From an uncultured Treponema sp. (GTDB lineage Bacteria; Spirochaetota; Spirochaetia; Treponematales; Treponemataceae), in the NCBI GenBank assembly GCA_938029485.1, contig CALHGC010000149.1, forward strand, positions 1-41,610: DNA of 41,610 bases, written 5' to 3'. The notes beneath the pieces are model-generated. The model ran no database searches and was not told the origin of the DNA. It worked only from the letters and a program-made list of their open reading frames with translations. Each line of letters starts with the position of its first letter. Within the stretch, counting starts at the first letter, position 1. Both the position numbers and the translations under genes were made by a program. Below, piece after piece: positions 38,789 through 41,610 of this stretch.

Positions 38789-41526
38789 TGTGCTTTTAGT
38801 TCGGCAAAGAATGATGCTAATAGTTGGTAATCGGTGCTATTGATAACAAACAGCGGTTTCTCGGAAGGGTCGGCCTTTGTATCAAAATATACTTCCAACT
38901 CAGTCAGCGAATCGTTAAGCGTAATAGCGAGCTGGATATGTACGGCGTCTATTCCGGTAGATAGTATCAGCTGCCGGATACCGTGTACTTCGGTTATTTC
39001 GCTATAACTTGATCCAATCCGTTGCTCAGGCTCTTCAAGTGCTTCCATGTGTTCTTTAAATGATCGAGGCGTCAGCGTGAGCGATTCTGTTTTTGCATTA
39101 GTACCGAAAATATTCCGCGCAGTTTCAGTAAATACTTTCGCAATTTCTTTTTTACGCGGTTTCGGCTTTTTATATTTGTATCCGTCATATTCACGTGTTA
39201 TTTCGATGATCTCGTAATAGGAATTGCTATAACACGTCCAGTATTCATAAAGCGCACATATAAATTTAGGCAATAACGTATACTGCCCCAGCGGAACGGT
39301 ATAAGATGTATCATATATTTTATTGTCTTGCTCATCCCATTCGTCAAAAAACAAACAGAGTTCCAATTCCGTATTGTTATCTTTGAGTAATACATCTACG
39401 TTGATATGAAAGCCGCGCCAATTATCTATTGTTGTTTCATCTTTATTCTGGATTTGGAACCAATACGAAACACAGCAGGGCTTTTCCGGTACTGTAATTT
39501 CCTCCGTTTTCCCCGTCGTTGAAGTATCACGATAAGACCCCTCCAGATTTAAACTAAAAGAATAAAATTTATCTGCAGGTTCATTCGGATTCAACAAATC
39601 CCGCAGGTTATCAAGCGGCGTAGTATTCTCTGTGTTCTTATCTGCGTTTGCAGCTGAATTATGATAAAAAATCATACTGTCGAACATTCTTGCAAAAGCC
39701 TCTTTCTTTTGCTCGCTAACTTCCTCTATACAATATCGAAAGACTTCGGTATGAAAAGTTTTTACTTCCGCCACTATGTGCTCCGGCGACTGATAAGTAA
39801 GCGTTCTCTCTTTTACATAATTATGTACTGCATACGCAAAATCGCAAAACTTTTGATATGCATTCACCGGCAGCGTAAACAGAACATCCTCTCCTTTACG
39901 GAAAAGATCAAGATACACTTCCATCTGAGTGCCGTCATCGGAAAGTACAATGCCGAATTGTACCTCAGGATAATCCGTACTCGAACGGGACGAAACGGAA
40001 ATCTGATCTTTCGGATAGATCTCCGGATCATATTCTTTCGTATTGAATTCCATACAATACCAACTTGGTTTTTCCCTATTTTCTTTATTTTGCCTTAAAG
40101 TAGAAAAATAATCATTTAATTTTTTACACAGCACTTCAAGTGTTTCGCATTTAGTCAATTCAGTATCTGACAATGGTAATACATCTGCAAAGAATTTCTT
40201 GCCGTACTCTTGTATCAAATTTCGATAAGAGGTTTTTAGATGATTATCAACTTCGATCTTCTGTTCACGCAAGTTTTTAAGGCGCTCGTATTCTTCACTG
40301 TTCCTATAACTATAGGAAGTTGTTCTAAACAACCTGTGTTCAATGATTACATATTCCTGCATTTTTTCGAAAATAATCTTCAAAGGTTCTTTTGTCCAAC
40401 AGTTTTGTTCTAAATGATAGCAGTCTGCGGTAACTGAATATATCGGAGTAAGATTATCTTTCGACTTTACATCGAGAAATACTTCTATGCGTAAGCCGTC
40501 ATTACTGAGCGCAAATGCAATTTGGCATTTAAGATGATAGCACCATACATAAAACACCTTCTGCTTAAATGTATCGATTTCAATAAGCTTTTGATACCGT
40601 TCAGCACGAAATCTATTATTATAAAAAGAGAAATCATCAGAAGAATCGTTCGGATTGAATAAACGTAAATCCTCCTCTGTCTTGCGGAGTTTTTTACGGG
40701 CAAAATTATTCCATCGTTCCGTTATTCGTTTTTTATAACTTTCACGGATTATGCTATGGTTGGTTTCTATCGATTTAAGTTCAAATAATTGTTTGGCATC
40801 GTCAATAATGCCGTGCATATTCCGTAGATATTGAGGCAGTTTCTCAAAATTACCGTTATAGAGATGAATAATTGCACTTACCGGTAGCGATTGCCATTGC
40901 TTCATATTTCTTGACTGTATGTTTTCGGATAGTTGATAATGAAAAACACTATAAGGATGCGGCAGTAAGTCTCTTAATTGAGAGCCGGAATGTCTGTTTG
41001 ATCGCCATGCTTGGATAAAATCGGCTGTCTTTTTCCAACGTTTTTGCTCATCTTCCGTACAAAAGAAGAGAAGCGGCGTATCATCGGTTTGGTCGGCATC
41101 GCGTTTTGCCAAGTGCAGTGTAACATATATCAAATATATCAGTAATTCAAAATTAAGTTTTTCCATCCAGTCTGACTGTCCGGTAAACATGATTTCAAGG
41201 AATTCTTTTACCTCCGTATAAAATTCCTTACCGAAATCTTCAAAAAGGTTAAATTGAATAACATCATCATCCATCGAAATATTTCCCTTGGAATCAAATA
41301 CGGCATCCCAGCTTTTATTGGAGCTGTCAGGAAAGAGAATAAGGCAAATGGCTGAAAAAATATGTTCAAGCTTCTGCTGCAAGAACGGAACTGCAATACT
41401 ATCCGACAGCTGTTGTTCTTTAATACGTTCAAGGTACTGTTTTATATCATAGAGCGCATACAAAAGACGCTTGGGTTTTTCAAGTACTGCGCCTACTGCA
41501 TGATGAAGGGAAAAATGAGTTTCCAT
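38728..41526 (-). CDS. Large hypothetical protein with four degenerate internal repeats
   Basis: 932-aa uninterrupted AT-rich ORF; no recognisable motif; repeated Q.....L..D....EV..D unit. Confidence 0.8.
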   Translation of the reverse strand: METHFSLHHAVGAVLEKPKRLLYALYDIKQYLERIKEQQLSDSIAVPFLQQKLEHIFSAICLILFPDSSNKSWDAVFDSKGNISMDDDVIQFNLFEDFGKEFYTEVKEFLEIMFTGQSDWMEKLNFELLIYLIYVTLHLAKRDADQTDDTPLLFFCTEDEQKRWKKTADFIQAWRSNRHSGSQLRDLLPHPYSVFHYQLSENIQSRNMKQWQSLPVSAIIHLYNGNFEKLPQYLRNMHGIIDDAKQLFELKSIETNHSIIRESYKKRITERWNNFARKKLRKTEEDLRLFNPNDSSDDFSFYNNRFRAERYQKLIEIDTFKQKVFYVWCYHLKCQIAFALSNDGLRIEVFLDVKSKDNLTPIYSVTADCYHLEQNCWTKEPLKIIFEKMQEYVIIEHRLFRTTSYSYRNSEEYERLKNLREQKIEVDNHLKTSYRNLIQEYGKKFFADVLPLSDTELTKCETLEVLCKKLNDYFSTLRQNKENREKPSWYCMEFNTKEYDPEIYPKDQISVSSRSSTDYPEVQFGIVLSDDGTQMEVYLDLFRKGEDVLFTLPVNAYQKFCDFAYAVHNYVKERTLTYQSPEHIVAEVKTFHTEVFRYCIEEVSEQKKEAFARMFDSMIFYHNSAANADKNTENTTPLDNLRDLLNPNEPADKFYSFSLNLEGSYRDTSTTGKTEEITVPEKPCCVSYWFQIQNKDETTIDNWRGFHINVDVLLKDNNTELELCLFFDEWDEQDNKIYDTSYTVPLGQYTLLPKFICALYEYWTCYSNSYYEIIEITREYDGYKYKKPKPRKKEIAKVFTETARNIFGTNAKTESLTLTPRSFKEHMEALEEPEQRIGSSYSEITEVHGIRQLILSTGIDAVHIQLAITLNDSLTELEVYFDTKADPSEKPLFVINSTDYQLLASFFAELKAHQVEDMFACSVSADVLNLSI

Positions 41527-41610
41527 ATTTCTATCTGCAGAATAGAAAAAATGATTTTCGATGCAGCTCTTATTTAAATTTCGATATTTTTGTTCGTCTG
41601 TGTATTTCTG

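Overview
This is a bacterial chromosomal window, most likely from an oral Treponema (inferred from two MCPs, spirochaete-type lipoproteins, a bat operon and intergenic palindromes; not verified by search). Housekeeping genes (FKBP PPIase, pgsA, batA-D, ABC and MATE transporters, map, phosphohexomutase, DnaJ-like protein, M23 peptidase) are interspersed with three accessory loci. (1) A defence locus at ~1-6200: WYL regulator plus ClbS/DfsB-like gene, an MmeI-like type IIL R-M gene split by a precise 150-bp hairpin-rich insertion, and a YRDD reverse transcriptase of Abi/UG type. (2) A partial aryl-polyene-like (ape) cluster at 16718-23383. (3) An EcoRI-family adenine methyltransferase plus DUF262-HNH nuclease at 33264-36008. 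The most striking signal is in (3). A (GCGGA)6 repeat in an inserted linker sits upstream of two homologous C-terminal cassettes in different frames, and the +1 frame is stop-free across cassette A. Repeat number therefore predicts a three-state switch: cassette A, cassette B, or truncated. No rRNA, tRNA, CRISPR array or transposase was seen.
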